This document shows positions 52,506-53,441 of a stretch of DNA of 53,441 nucleotides, in pieces. Under the pieces are notes generated by a model. It saw only the letters and a list, made by a program, of their open reading frames with translations, ran no database searches and was not told the DNA's origin. The translations under genes and the position numbers were made by a program. The DNA is taken from contig DASSUS010000093.1 of assembly GCA_035706765.1 (NCBI GenBank), positions 1 to 53,441 of the forward strand, written 5' to 3'. This DNA comes from Gemmatimonadales bacterium (GTDB taxonomy: Bacteria > Gemmatimonadota > Gemmatimonadetes > Gemmatimonadales > GWC2-71-9). Numbering within the stretch: position 1 is the first letter of the stretch; each line of letters opens with the position of its first letter.

Positions 52506-53441
52506 ATGTCCCGCATAGGGTTTGCTACCCTGTCGCTCGGCGTTTTAGCCGCCGGCGCGCTGCCCGCGCAACAGTCGACCCGGGCGCCCACGCGTCCCCG
52601 CGCGCAGCAGGCGGCGCGCGCCGAACCGGCCGCGGTCACGATCCCGTATCAGCGGTTCACGCTGAAGAACGGCCTGACGCTGCTGGTGCATGAAGATCAC
52701 AAGGCGCCGATCGTGGCGGTCAACATCTGGTATCACGTCGGATCCAAGAACGAGCGCCCCGGCCGGACCGGGTTCGCGCATCTGTCCGAGCATCTGATGT
52801 TCAACGGCAGCGAGCACTACAACAACGATTATTTCCAGGCGCTGGAGCCGCTCGGCGCGACCGACCTGAACGGCACCACGAACGAAGATCGTACCAATTA
52901 CTTCCAGAATGTTCCGACCAGCGCGCTCGACGTGGTCCTGTGGATGGAGTCGGACCGCATGGGGCATCTGCTGGGCGCGCTCGACCAGGCGCGGCTCGAC
53001 GAGCAGCGCGGCGTCGTGCAGAACGAAAAGCGCCAGGGAGAGAACGAGCCGTACGGGAAAGTGGACGAGCTGATGACCGCGGGCACCTATCCGGTCGGAC
53101 ACCCCTACTCGTGGTCGGTGATCGGCTCGATGGCCGACCTCGACGCCGCGAAGCTCGACGACGTGAAGGAATGGTTCCGCACTTATTACGGACCGAACAA
53201 CGCCGTCATCGTGCTGGCGGGCGACATCACGCCCGACGTCGCGCGTCAAAAGGTCGAGCAGTACTTCGGCGACATCCCCGCGGGCCCGCCGATCGCGAAA
53301 CAGGACACGTGGATCGCGCGGCGCACCGGCACGCATCGCCAGGTCATGCAGGATCGCGTGCCGCAGGCGCGGATTTACAAGGAGTGGAACATCCCCGAGT
53401 TCGGCGCGGCCGACGCCGATTATCTCGACATGGTGACCGAT
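52506..53441 (+). CDS. M16 family (pitrilysin/insulinase) zinc peptidase, N-terminal part; runs off the window end
   Basis: Not in the ORF track because there is no stop in the window. The ATG at 52506 follows AAGGAG. Signal MSRIGFATLSLGVLAAGALPAQ. FAHLSEHLMFNGSEHY carries the inverted HxxEH zinc motif, and NEKRQGENEPYG is also present. Confidence 0.85.
   Translation, partial: MSRIGFATLSLGVLAAGALPAQQSTRAPTRPRAQQAARAEPAAVTIPYQRFTLKNGLTLLVHEDHKAPIVAVNIWYHVGSKNERPGRTGFAHLSEHLMFNGSEHYNNDYFQALEPLGATDLNGTTNEDRTNYFQNVPTSALDVVLWMESDRMGHLLGALDQARLDEQRGVVQNEKRQGENEPYGKVDELMTAGTYPVGHPYSWSVIGSMADLDAAKLDDVKEWFRTYYGPNNAVIVLAGDITPDVARQKVEQYFGDIPAGPPIAKQDTWIARRTGTHRQVMQDRVPQARIYKEWNIPEFGAADADYLDMVTD

Overview
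This is a 53.4-kb, gene-dense, visibly high-GC bacterial chromosomal segment (GC not computed). I support about 47 protein-coding genes. I found no rRNA, tRNA, CRISPR array, transposase or integrase.

Gene content from left to right:
- a truncated PuuD-like membrane protein
- a MacA/MacB-type ABC exporter operon translationally coupled to a TonB-dependent receptor
- a six-gene, overlap-coupled minus-strand operon: cupin, GcvT-like aminomethyltransferase, two CrtI-like FAD oxidoreductases, a GbcA/CMO-type Rieske oxygenase and a PLP decarboxylase
- an S9 peptidase
- two divergently arranged BlaI/BlaR1-type repressor and sensor-protease modules, with different operators and different repeat-built sensor domains
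- DUF5916/CBM9-like protein, Ada, and DinB proteins
- a degenerate GGDEF-RidA-TIGR01777-TM2-pntAA/AB/B array
- M1 peptidase, GMC oxidoreductase, VOC, OsmC, MFS, GIY-YIG, SURF1, ChrB and an AhpD-like protein
- an orphan HTH protein
- a PD40-amidohydrolase, a DEAD-box helicase, a GYD protein, citrate synthase, a PRTase-like protein, a long acyl-CoA dehydrogenase and a truncated M16 peptidase

The gene repertoire suggests a Gemmatimonadota- or Acidobacteriota-like organism. This is inference only.

The most unusual signal is not a gene. Seven intergenic sites between 33.6 and 49.9 kb each consist of tandem 7-13-nt units followed by the reverse-complement units. These form long, slippable hairpins, and I do not recognise them as any named repeat family. 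They occur in convergent, co-directional and divergent gaps, run into the last codons of several genes, and like-unit loci occur in concentric pairs.

All calls rest on by-eye motif recognition and translation. No database search or folding computation was run.
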